Positions 39,249 through 52,219 of a stretch of DNA of 64,000 bases are shown one piece after another (position 1 is the stretch's first letter; each line of letters begins with the position of its first letter). The DNA comes from Adineta vaga (Eukaryota > Animalia > Rotifera), in the NCBI GenBank assembly GCA_021613535.1, contig CP075497.1:5828001-5892000 (forward strand), in the 5' to 3' direction. A program made the position numbers and the translations under genes. The notes beneath the pieces are model-generated. The model saw nothing but the letters and a program-made list of their open reading frames with translations. It did no database searches and was not told the origin of the DNA.

Positions 39249-40138
39249 GCAATTTGTATTGTTTACTTCTTCACTAAGATTCTCTATGTTTCTAGTTAAA
39301 TAAAAGGCAACTTTTAGTCAAAAGGTGACAAAAATGAATTGATTCTTTCATCGCAATTAGTATTCCGTATCATAAGTGTCTACTTTCTTTTGGTCTGCTT
39401 ACTAATAATATCTCTTCAATATTTTAACATATTATTATCATATAAAACGTTAACTATCAAAAAACAAATGTGACCCATTTAGGTTTTGACCTGAGAAATA
39501 TTGAATTTTCTATTCTCCAATTGATATTATCGTTTTTTTCAATTTATGATTTATAGCAAAAAAAAATTAACAAACAAAAAAGAAGAGGATAACCTCTATT
39601 TGAACACTAAAACTGTACACACAGACACAAAACAGAGATAAAGCTTGCATGAGAAATACTAACTAACAAGTCATCGAGTAAAGCGTGCACAGTATTGTAA
39701 CAGCGAGAAGAAGAGAGAACGATACAGAAACTATACAATCAAAAGAAAAAAACGGCTAATCTTTTTGCATATGAAAGTTTGTTAACCAAAAAGATAAGTG
39801 AGAAAAATAAGAAGAACCAATCGCGATAATAACTCAAGATTTGTAAGAATTCAATTGGCTCGGATTGAAGAAGAGAAAAAAACAACGAAGAGAATATCTC
39901 ATTAACAAGTAATATTCAATTAAAAAATATAATTAAACATACATCGAGGTGTTCTCTAGGATTTAATCCTCTATCTCTTTCAATGGACAAGATAATCGAT
40001 AAGAATATATATCTATACGTATAAAGATCACAGAAGAGAAAGAGAAACATAAAAAATTGCACCTATTTGTTTAAAAACCATGTTCTTTTCATACTAGATT
40101 TGTCTGTTTTTCTAATACGAGACAAATGTCTTTAGATA

Positions 40139-43100
40139 TCATACGGATGTTTCAAGAGGTTGTTCCTCTTTCTCATTTGTTCGTGATCCCTAGAAAAAAA
40201 ACAAATTCTTATGTTTATAATATGATTATCAATTAAACTTCCTACATCATAAATTAAACGAGGATCTTTCAAAGTGCCACTTTCAAATAAACGTTTACCG
40301 ACATCTGGTCCATTTTGATTATTTGTTGATGTATTTATAGACATTAATGTTTGATTTAAAGGAGTAGATTTGTCTCGACTAAAAATAAACATAATTGAAA
40401 TAATGTCTTTTTTTTCATATCAATTTAATTTTACCTTGATAAAGTTGAAGGATTCGATGATGGTAGAGTACCTACTCCTTTCTTCGGTAGACCTAACACT
40501 GTATTTAACATATCATCAAAGATAGCAGGATTTTCTAAATTTAATTTATAGATTGTTGAAAGTAATTTAAAAAAGTATATACAAACCTTGATTAACACTT
40601 GATTGACTTGAACGTCGAGGAGGAGGCGGTGGTTGTTGTTGATGATGAGAATAACCATTTGATTCTCCTCCTGCTAGATTACCCGATGATCGAAGATGTT
40701 GTCGACCAAGTTGTCTTGATTGTGTAGGTGTGTCTTTACCTAAACCAGTAGCGACGGAACTTGTTCGACTTTTAATAGATATTGTATCTGATTGTGGATG
40801 TTGTGTATAATATCCATTAGTTGTTCCGCCATTGACTAATCGTTTTTGTTCTCCCATACGATTAGATGACGATCCATTATTTGTATTATTAATATCACGT
40901 AATCGTGATTCCAAATATCGTATAAAAACATGAACATCGTCGGGAGATTTTGAAGCATCAAATTTAATGACACGAAAACGCACGTCATCAAGAGCTGCAT
41001 GGATACGAATATCACGTGAAGCTTGAAGACGTGCAAGTAACGATTGAATTTCTCGATTACTATATCTGTTGATATAATTATATAGAAGATCATTTTGGTC
41101 AAGATGTGATCCATTGTAACATATTTCAGAATTTTCACTAACTTGACCAGTATACCATTTCATCGACTAGAATAAAAACAACATATATATATATATATGT
41201 ATATCTATTGATTAAAAAGAAGTAATACAAAAGGAAAGAATTAAGAATCCTTTATTTTCATCTGAAATGATGATTATTTTATCGCTCCTTATATACATAT
41301 AACTGTAAATCAACAATCTTTCTATGTTGTGATGTATTTAAATACTTTTGATATAATCTATTGATACTATATAAAATAAATTGTCTTACTAATAATCGTG
41401 CATGATCTTCTGATTGTGGTAATACACCAAATGATGTACTTGCAATAAGTGGTGGAAAATTGACAGGCATTTGTGTATGGTTGATTGGATTTTGACTAAC
41501 ACGATTAAGATTATTTTCCACTGATTTTGATGGTTGTGATTTTGTTGGAAGATTATTGTCATTTTTAGGATATTGATCGATACTATTATATTCTGATACA
41601 TTATGAAAACTTTTTGATAATCGTGCTTGTCTTTTAAATGCTTGTTCATCGAAATTCGACGATTTCTGTTGTGGAACATGAATGATACCATTATCATCGA
41701 TCATATTTTCATCGGATGGTGAGTAGGTTGATGAAACAAATGTACGTAAATCTTTTGTTGATATAGAAAGAGGAGCAGTCAATTGTGAATCATGTAGAGA
41801 CTTTCGACTGAGAGAATTTTGAATCTGTTTAACCAATGCATTTGTATCAGCAATTGGTGATCGATGTGTACCATTAGTTCCAACAGTTGAAGCAGAACGT
41901 GTTGGTAAAGTTGAAAATGGATTCTTTGTTGGTGAATGTAAAATATTGTTTTGTGAATGTCCATTGTTAGTAATTGGTTGTAATGGTAATGTATGTGATT
42001 TAACCATTGTTGACGATGATGGAGATGGTTTTACAATGATTTTTGGACTGGTTATACTAGAAGTTCGTGATGATGTATCATCACTATTTAATTTACCAAC
42101 GAAATGTCTTGCCGATGGTAGACGATGTGAAGCTGTTGGACCAATACAATAATCTGTTCGATTTAACATGTAGTTAACAGAATTTACATCGAATTTCTTT
42201 CGTACATTCGATTTTTCTAATTCATATGTTCGATTGACTTTTGCACCTGTTGATTGAATTGTTTCATTTCTTCGTTGTTGTGGTAAGGGTGATGATGATA
42301 ATGATGCTTGTTGTTGTTGTTGATGATGATTTAGTAAATGAGTAGGTTTTAATGTTCTTGCTGGAATTGGTGGTGGAGGTGGTTCGATTTTGGTTTCAAT
42401 ATGTCTAGAATTTTGAGTCGATCGACTATAAGATGATGTTGAATCTGATTCTGTTGAACTTATATTCGATGAATGTTCAACAATTTCAATATCATCATAG
42501 AATATCACCATATCACCTGTGATTTCACCAATTTGTCCATCATCAACACTATCATTGCGTTCAATAATCATCTGTGTGACGATATCAAGTGGTGGGATAT
42601 GAGAACGTGCAGATTCATACGATTGAATTGTACTTTGAGAACCCGATGGACTTTGTGTAGTTACCAAGATTGGTTTTGCTAAAGAAACAAAGATAGATTT
42701 CCGTATTATAAAAAAGATAAATATAGCCTAATTTCTTTTATGTTGTCAAGAATGATTCTAACGAAGTAAATAGTACCTGAAGAGAATCTCAGCGGTAGCA
42801 ACATTATTTTACTCATAGATATTAAAGTAATATCGATCAAGTTTCAGTAGTTATAAATAAAATATAATGTATTCGAATTAGTTTCAAAGATTTCTCTTTT
42901 TAGCTACTCACAGCAGTAGTTAATAGAAAAACCTATCGTGATAGACATTGCTGAACTATAGGACATCTTTTTTTTCTCTGCTAATGAAAATAAACGGAAA
43001 TCAACAGACATTCTCTTTCAGCATGAAATCTTCATATAGACTTACTCGTTGTATTGTTTGTGTTTCTTGTGATATTTTCTTCGATTTTATTTGATTATTT

Positions 43101-46100
43101 GCTGAATGAGCTGGTGAATTTTCATTACTTGTATGTGAACTATTATTAGCTGTTGCTTGACGTTTTAGTTTTTCATCTTGATATTCATCTTCTTCGATAT
43201 CATTCAATGTATCATCGACTTCTTCTGATGTAGCTTGTTCAATATCTGAAGATTTCGAATCTGATTGATCTTTTTTCTTTCGATTTACAGGATGTGAACG
43301 AGCATATAAATTATTTGATGTAGAAGAACGAATACTTGTCATATTTTCATCGGGATTTTTAGTTGGTTTATTCTCTGAATCAGATGGAGTCTTATTGTGA
43401 TAAAAATGTTGAACAGCTTCTACAGCCGGATATTGATTGTCTTTTTTCGATGGTGTTTTAGAACTGATCGATAAGGAAACTGATTCTTGATCATTTTTAT
43501 CATCGACAGAAAGTTCATCATTGTTTGTACTTAATTCACTCGCAGATTCATCATGAAAGTCAAATACGCGTTCGATGGTACCACGAATAAATTGTAAATC
43601 AGCATTCGGTGCTGATATTTGATCATCTTCAGTTGAAGTCGTATCTATTTCTTGATAGATATTTTGTCTGTGATCTTTTTCGAGAGATGTTGTACGAGGT
43701 GGTGGTGGAGGTGGAGGTGTACGTGGACGTCCTCGGCTTGTCTTTGGACGTATAAGTGATGGTACTTGTTCAAAAATACGAGCAGAGGATGGTGATGATG
43801 GTGATGTTGAACTTGAAGTTGATTTTGAAACATCTTTTGGTTTATCTTTTTGTGAAAATGTCACCGATTGAGTATTTTTTGATCGTGGTGATGATGACGA
43901 CGTTAATATAGGTTCATGTGAAGGAATCTAAATAAAAGAAAAGGAAAATGCATTAATAGAAATAAATATTTCATCCATCATTTACTGTCGCTGTTTGTTG
44001 TTGAGAATACGATGTCATTGTTGTTCGATAAGGATCATCTCGTGTTAACGATGTTGAACGTTTATAATTATGAGGTGATAGATACTCATTTGTTTCTAAA
44101 AATGGATTGACACGTCGCAAAGCATTGTAGGGAACATCTTCATAACCGATAGGACTATGATGTTGTACATAATAATGTGGATCATGACTTGTTGCAGAAG
44201 TTCGACTCAATGGACTAACAGGAGCACTACCCAATATGAAAAATGTATGGTTCGGATGAATTGCAACTGTTGTTGTTTTATTATCATAATAAGAACCCAC
44301 AGAAAAATTACGATGACGAATTTTTGGTGTATAAGATGTTGGACTAATCAAATCAGGATATCGACGATTGTAGGAATCCCATTGGGATGCAAATGGATTA
44401 CTGAACGTATCTATACGAAGCGACGATGATTTGTCTGTTGTTGTTGTTGTATTTATTGATGGTGAAATATAAATTGGTAGTGTCGTATTATCATTGATAT
44501 TTTGATTAGATGAAGAATTGATTTCAGTTGCTTTCAATTCTTTTTCTTGTGGTGATGAACTTTCCGTTGATGTAGATGATGGAACGTGATTATCGTTTAT
44601 TTCTCTAGTTGATATTAAAAAATCCAAATTTGGATCTTTTTTGATCGATGCCTATAGAAGATAAATGATTACATATACAGATGTCAATGAAAACATCTGG
44701 CTGCCGTACAAGTAAAATGATAATATTCTCAAAGATAAAGACAAAAAAAAGTACTTACTTTATCATCGGTTGCGATAATTGATGAAGTATTTTGGCTATG
44801 ATCTGAATAACTATTTTCGTGTTCAACTTCATATAAAATATCTTCTTGAATAGGTCGACGATAATTATTATTCGATAAATAATCTGGTGAATTTTTCGAA
44901 CGATTCTGATTGTCATCATCGTCATCATCGATCAATATATCATCTAAATTGGTTATCATTAGTGAAGAATTATTATTATTATGATTAAAACCAAATGGAT
45001 CAAGACTCGATGGACTTTGCATTTCATCGTTGATAACAAAATCATCCATAAGATTTAAATTATTATTTTCCATTGCAAAGATATTTGTCGATGTTTGCGC
45101 GAGATTTTCTAACTGTTCAAAATCTTGATCATGTTTATCATCACTAAGTGAACTAGATGGTTCGTCATCGGTTGTATTTTGTGGTGAAAATAGAAAAAAT
45201 TCATCACCAGCACCATTCATATCAACTTCGTGTAAAATTTCTTCATCAGATATGACACGTAAATCTGTTGAAGGTGCTTGCAGTGAGGATGATTGATGAA
45301 TACATGTTTCTATTGAACCATCATCATACCAATTTGTACTTTCAATTAAACGAGATTCAGTTGATGGAGAATTATCACTAACTGATGATGAAGATGTATG
45401 AGAAATAGTTGATGAAGATGACGGCAATGGTAACTTCTCCATGCCGACGTTAACTGGAAGGATGATGGCGGATTTTTGTTCTCCTGTTGAGACGGGAACG
45501 ATGTCGAGGTCTGTTAGAAGAGGAAAAAAAGAAGAAGAAGAAGAAATAAATGAAGATAAGAAAAAAAAGTCGTGAGAGTTTATACGCGCACGCATGCGGC
45601 ATCGTCCGTCTTTTTTTTCTGCATTTTTTTCCTTATGTTCCTACATCTTGGTGACGTTGAACATTCATTCTCTTACGATAACCGTAGTTCCTTCGCATCA
45701 GGTAACGAAGATAAGAAAATGACACGCGCGTGTATATGTTTATGTCTCTACACACATCTCAACATTTAATCTCCGGAAAATGAACTACGTGTGGCAATAC
45801 TTGTGATCATTTCGTGTCAAATATCTCTAGAGAAAACAGACTTGTATGCACTATAACTTTCGATTATTCATGACCGAAGACAAAGGAACTATTAATATGA
45901 CTAAGCTGTCTCTACTGCCAATTATATCGATTGGAAGAAACTGCTTATACTTTCGTTTTAATCATTAACGCATGTTGACAAAGGAGAAAGTGGGTGGGAA
46001 GAATGTAAATGTTTTGTTTGTATATGTACGAAGCAAAAAAAAAGTGACAAAAATATTTTTTTAATCTTTACACTTCAACTATGAGACGTTCTGACGTCAA

Positions 46101-49100
46101 CTATACGTTTTCTTTCTTCTTTTTTGCTTCATCGACAACCGGTTTGACTTTCACTCTTCATCTCTCAGATGTTTCACTTACATATAAGAGAAAAATTTTT
46201 TCTTTCTGTCAATTCAATCATTAATGCATGTTTAACTTGTTCTATTCAGGGACATTTTTATTTCTTTACAAAACTGATAATCACACTTTTTCATAGGAAA
46301 AAATAACAATCTCTATGTTTTCTTTGTATTTTCTTTCTATAGTGAAGTATATGTTTTCTTACGTGTAACTATTCTCAATGGAATCACTATTAAATAGAAC
46401 CTTACCTTCAGTTATAGGTTCCAATGTTTCAGCATGACTTAAATCTGAAAATGAACTATGTGAAGATAAAGTTTCGTATTCGGTTGTGGTGTTGGAGTTT
46501 TATAACCACTATTTGATGCGTCATTTTCTCGAGCGGTATGATATGATGCTGTTGACGGATCATTGATACTACTATTAGCGATGAATCTGTCACAAGAAGA
46601 CTTTTATTTAACGGAGGTAACATGACAGATCGATAAGAATCGACATCTGATGAAATATTTTTGTTTGAATTAGTACGAGGGATAATTGTCGTTATCATTT
46701 GATTCATCATGTCATTTGTATCATTATTAGTAATGTTTATATTTGATGTAGGCGAAACAGAACTATGTTGTAGTGATGAAACATCAATAGGCCGTGACGG
46801 TGAAACTGAAATAATAAGAAAATATAATAAACGTTTATATGTATTTGATGAAATAATGATTTTGATTCTCATTTAGTAGCCTTCGATGTGTACTTAAACG
46901 TATCTGATAAAAAAAAAGTTTGCAAATATATTTTGTCATAAAATGAAAATGATTAACAACTATCAAGAATAGGTATGACTTTTTTTATTACTTAACAAAT
47001 ATTCAGATCATAAATATCTTACTTTTTTGAACAATTGTTACATCACCATCCGATGAGCCTTCAAGATATATTTCTTCATCAAAGTCGTCGGTTGGCATCG
47101 GTAGTTGAGCCATTGTTCGTGGTTTTATCGGATGTCGAATATTCTCATTAGAAATTGGAGTAGAACTTGTAAGTTTTGAATTTGATAATGTTGAAGAATC
47201 CGTTGAATTTAGACGTTCTTGCTCTAGGAAAAGAAGAATAAGACATGATATATCAAAAGAAAAGAAGATAATTTTAATAACATAAATGCCATTACGTATT
47301 TTTAAAACAACGAACATGCACTCATGCAATCAACAGAGAAAAGAACTCTTCAAAACTAATTCTTATATATATATAGACATTCATTTTGTTTGACCGAAAG
47401 GAATATATAAATCAATCGATATTAAAGAATTTATATACTCGAATCGAAGGTCGCTATGATAACATACAGATTCTAATCTTCCAAATAAAATAATCGAGCG
47501 TTATTTGGTTTTATTTTATTTCTTTACGGCGAAAAAAGAACGTTTTCGTAAAGACTATTAATAGTATAAAGCCAAAAACACGACAATGTGAAAAGAAAAA
47601 CTATTAACGAATTAAACATAAGTGTGAAGAATCGTTTTTTCATGTTCTCCTCAGATATTCACCTTTAACTCGATGATCAATAAACAATGGCTGTGACAAG
47701 TAGAAAAGAAGTAGAGACAGAGAGACAGAGAGAGAGAAAGGAACTGTTGACAGATGGATGAGTGTATAGACGTATGTAAATACATGCTTGGCACCTAAGC
47801 GATAGGAAGAGAAAGAGAAAGTAAAAAAAAGGTGGTTTGTCAAATAAATGGTCAAAATTCTTCTTCTTTTACTTCGGACACTTGTTCATCCTATTTCGCA
47901 TCTCTCGTCTCGTCGTCGTTGTTCTTCTTCTTCTTCTTCTTCTTCTTTGTTAGTTATAACGAAGAGTATAAGCTTAACGATTGTAGAAAAGAAAAAAGAA
48001 ACTTTCAAACGTGCCGTATTCTTTCTTTTTCTCTTCGATATATATATATATAGATATATTGATGCCAGAATATATAGACTCGCATTGACATTTTTCTCTT
48101 CGTACACCTACTCTACTCTCTTCTGTTGTTTGTAAGCATACATATTTTCTTTGAAACATATATGTATAGATCTCGTCACATATGCCTTACATCTGGAGCG
48201 TTGATACTTTACATTAGAAAAAAGAGTGAGCGAGAGAAAGAGAGAATAGTTGAAAACGGGAAAAGTCTAGAAGTTATAGGTCTCCTTCGAAAAAGAATGT
48301 CCATAGAAATGATTATAACAATAAGAAAAACAGTCGTTATAATCTAATGAAAACTAATCTATTCTTCTTGATCTACAGATTCTACAACTAACAAAAACAC
48401 ATCTACTTTCTCAAACAATCATCTAATTAAATGTGTTATTGAGAAATGATATTCTTTGATCCATAAAGATGATTTTCCATGAATAGATGAAGTAACCGTA
48501 AAATTTGCTTCTCCGCTAGCTGTCATGTTGGAATTTTGATACTTTAAGTAAAACGCGCGGACAACTATTCATTAATAATATATTATTAATCGTCATTAGT
48601 CATATTAGAACTGTATGAAATTATCGAAATTCTTTTCTCGCCAGAGAAAGAGTAAAATTAGGAAATATTACAAAAGAGATTTTAATCTATGAATGAATAT
48701 TAACATTAGACATTGATAGACTTTTATGTGATCATGTATTTAAAAAATCCTCAGTTTTTAAATTCTACTTTTATAAACTGCAGATTCGATTTTAAGTATG
48801 ACTATTCATTTCTAACAATCCTGATATTCACATGTTCTTTGTGAATGCACATATGTGATCGAAAACAACATGTAAATATCAACAATATTACTATCGTATC
48901 TAACAAATATTTCTACTTTTCTTCTCTTTTTCTTTATGATCTTCTAGTCATAATTCTTTTTTACTTACTTTCGAACGCAGCCACTTAACATTCGATATAT
49001 CAATCGAAAAATATATTTATTATCAATACATGTCTTACCTCGAGTAATATACATATAAACGCTATTTACAAACTATATATATATATATATATCACTAGCA

Positions 49101-50379
49101 AACTCATCTATGAAAGAAAGAAAAAAACAAATTAAAGTCCTCATTATTGGACCAGACATATGAAGGAAAGAGTAGAATAAAATAAAAAACATATCTGACA
49201 GGAAATCAAAGATATCATTGACAAAATGCATATGTTCTGTCATACATATACATATGTATAACATGACATACATGTAGAATGAAGGAAAAAAACTGAAATA
49301 CTTATTACATTTATCATCGATACATAAAATAATAGGTCTTATCAAAAATGTAAAATATCTAACAAGATCAATTTCATTATTCAAATCGAATACATTCTAT
49401 GTTGATAATATTTAAAAGGTAGAGTTCAAAAAGAATATCTTTTAATTCAATGGAATATTTCTACTATATTATTTATGATACTCCCAGTCATTCTTAATTA
49501 TGATGAATAATCGATGACGTTTGTTTTTTTCTCTATTCTTTTGATCTTCTCATAGTTTTTAACGCAAAGATAAATAAATAGAAAATTGACTTCAATTAGA
49601 AATGATTTGTACTCGACATCCTTTTCGTTTTGGAACTAATTCGGATGCATTAGTGTGAATATCATATTAACATAAAGTGTATCTAATTTATCTGAATATA
49701 CAATTTGAACATTTGATGCTGTTAAAATAGAAAGCTCACACTTGAAATAAGGTTTATATTTTAGATATTCTTCTGTATTTGACATTAATACTGAGATGAT
49801 AATCAAATATCACTTACCAATCTTTGAATAACGTGGCCGAGGTTTCGGTGGTATAATAGAATGTCCATGATTATGATTGATTGTTTTTTCCATAGTAAAC
49901 GTCTTTGGTTTATACCATGTTGATGACTGAGCAACACGTTGTAGACCAGGTGCATATGTTGTTAGCGAACGTCTTCCATTAATAACAACATTGCCATTTG
50001 TATCATAGCTTGATGCTGTGGAATTATGTCGTAATGGTCTTCGTTCTGACCATGTTTGACTTTGTGATCGCCGTCGGTTCTGATCATTAGATATGGATGA
50101 TGAAATGAATGAATCCGATGTGTCATTACGAGAAGGAGGATGATTGTTATTATAATCATACGGTTTTGTATGAAGTACTTGTCCATATGATTTTGTTTTC
50201 CGTAGTTCATTAATAGATGTATAATCATGATTGTACCAATTAGGTACAAGTAATTTGTTGAATGAAGCACGCAAACGTTCTTCGTAAGTTAATGCTTGTT
50301 GATGATTCTTCAAATTATATACCTCATCAATAGCATTGAAAACACTCTGTAAATACAGTTTTTCTTCAACACGAGTCAT
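40139..50379 (-). CDS. Very large, mostly disordered Ser/Pro-rich protein with C-terminal PDZ ligand (ETSV); multi-exon, possibly two genes or alternative promoters
   Basis: Phase-compatible exon chain 49818-50379, 47023-47223, 46406-46805 (frame defect), 44759-45510, 43986-44651, 43046-43927, 41390-42678, 40587-41166 and three short last exons ending GSRTNEKEEQPLETSV*. The link across 42680-43045 is unresolved. Confidence 0.6.
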
Positions 50380-50461
50380 TCTTTTAATTGCTATTGATTA
50401 AATGAGTTTGTTGAAGATAACGAACCAAAATCATCGTCGCACTGACTACTGAACAAATAAA

Positions 50462-50492
50462 AATGAATGAATGAATGAATGAATGAATGAAT
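50462..50492 (+). repeat. (ATGA)n microsatellite
   Basis: aatgaatgaatgaatgaatgaatgaatga just upstream of the 50379 (-) start. Confidence 0.9.
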
Positions 50493-50863
50493 AGATAGAT
50501 GGATGAAAATAAATGAAGACTCCTACGTACGTTTACTATCCTCGTTCAAATGAATGAATGAAAGAATGAATGAGTGGGGATCTACCTTTGAGTGTGTGTA
50601 TGTGTAATAAGAAACAACATTTATATCATTGTATCGTTGAAAAGTATATATATATTTATACGGAAGTTTCACTTCTTCCTTTTTTCTTTCTATCTATGAA
50701 CGCAAATCAATATACAACGAACAGAAGGTCGATGTGTTCAATCATAGTACAACATAGACCAGTGACAAAAGGAGACGAAGAAGAAAAAAGATAAATACCG
50801 ACGGTAAGAAAAGATGTAGAGGTAGATCGTGTTGATTGACCAGTCGTCTCGTCAGTTTCTTCG

Positions 50864-50885
50864 CACACACACACACACACACACG
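50864..50885 (+). repeat. (CA)n microsatellite
   Basis: cacacacacacacacacacac. Confidence 0.9.
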
Positions 50886-51583
50886 CATAAGCAGGTATTA
50901 TATGTCTCGTTAAACTATATTTAAATTGCATGAGTGGGAAGGAAACTAAGAAGATGAAGACATATACACAGTGTGCTTATGTTCGACAGTCAAATTTCTA
51001 ATCCTACTAAACAATAAATGTGAAAAATAACAACTCAAAAATAGAAGAGCAAGAATCGAATAAGAATGAGAATGAAAGAGAGCGAGAAAGAGCGAAAAAA
51101 TCAATCGCATTATGTTCAATAGCGACGTTAATGCAGTTGTCACTCGTGAACACAGCAGGAAGGAGAAAAATGTGAAAGGTGAATAAAAATAATATTTAGA
51201 ATTAAAAAAGCACTACTCCAACGAACAATAACATCATCATAGCTTTGAACTGCCATCAAACGACAAATCGCCGCGAGATTTCATTGAGTTGTTATCTCCG
51301 GAAATCGCTGAACGTGACTGGTCATATATGAAGAGAGAGAGAGAGAGAAAAAAAATCTTTCATACAATACACATCAAGAAATCATCTACGTCTTTATTCT
51401 CATTTGTACTAGAGAATAGTCAATGGTGATCATGCAAGAAATCGATTACTCTATCAAGAATGCATCAACTAATCGATGATTTCATTTGACATTTTGTCCT
51501 TTTCCTTTTATTCGTATGAAACAAAAAACTAGCAAAAAAAAGCGAAATCATATTGTTCAATTATATTTTTTATACAACATTGA

Positions 51584-52219
51584 TCATTTGTCTTTTTCAT
51601 CTTCATCAAGTTCAATTATATCGGTATGTAAACGTTGACTGTCAGAACAATCTGTAACCATAACTGTAGGCAATGTAACACTTGTTAATCGTGTACTGCA
51701 TTCAGAAAGACGATCATCTGTAATGCTTGTATTTACCGAACAAGTTTCTTCTTTCAGACGAGTATATCGTTCTCCTTGATGGGTTTTTCGTTTATTTGTA
51801 CAATGAAATGTATAACAATTTGGTATTGGACGTGTATCGGTATCACTTTGTGCTTGATCGTCAGTTATTTCGGTAATATTTGATATTGTTATCGGTTGTT
51901 CAATTGAAGTTTTTAAATCAATTTTTAATGGATTATAAGTTTTTAAATAATGTTCTAATAGACTTGTTTGATTAGCATCCGATTGTGAAATCGTATTTAA
52001 TGTTTGCTGAGATATCGTTTGTTCAGTATGTGTAGAAAAGAGACTATCGGAACGAGGAAGTAATGGTGATGGTGCATGTGTTGGACGAAAAGATCCATAA
52101 TGATGTGGTGAAATGACAAATGCTCGACAGATTTTATCATTCGATGTTGATGGAGAATCATAATGAAAACGTGAACGTTTAAAATTTGATAAAAATCGAA
52201 GTATAAGACGACTTGACAT
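51584..52219 (-). CDS. Hypothetical single-exon Ser/Thr-rich protein (211 aa)
   Basis: ATG-initiated 211-aa ORF in AT-rich DNA, composition like neighbouring disordered proteins; no recognised domain. Confidence 0.6.
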   Translation of the reverse strand: MSSRLILRFLSNFKRSRFHYDSPSTSNDKICRAFVISPHHYGSFRPTHAPSPLLPRSDSLFSTHTEQTISQQTLNTISQSDANQTSLLEHYLKTYNPLKIDLKTSIEQPITISNITEITDDQAQSDTDTRPIPNCYTFHCTNKRKTHQGERYTRLKEETCSVNTSITDDRLSECSTRLTSVTLPTVMVTDCSDSQRLHTDIIELDEDEKDK

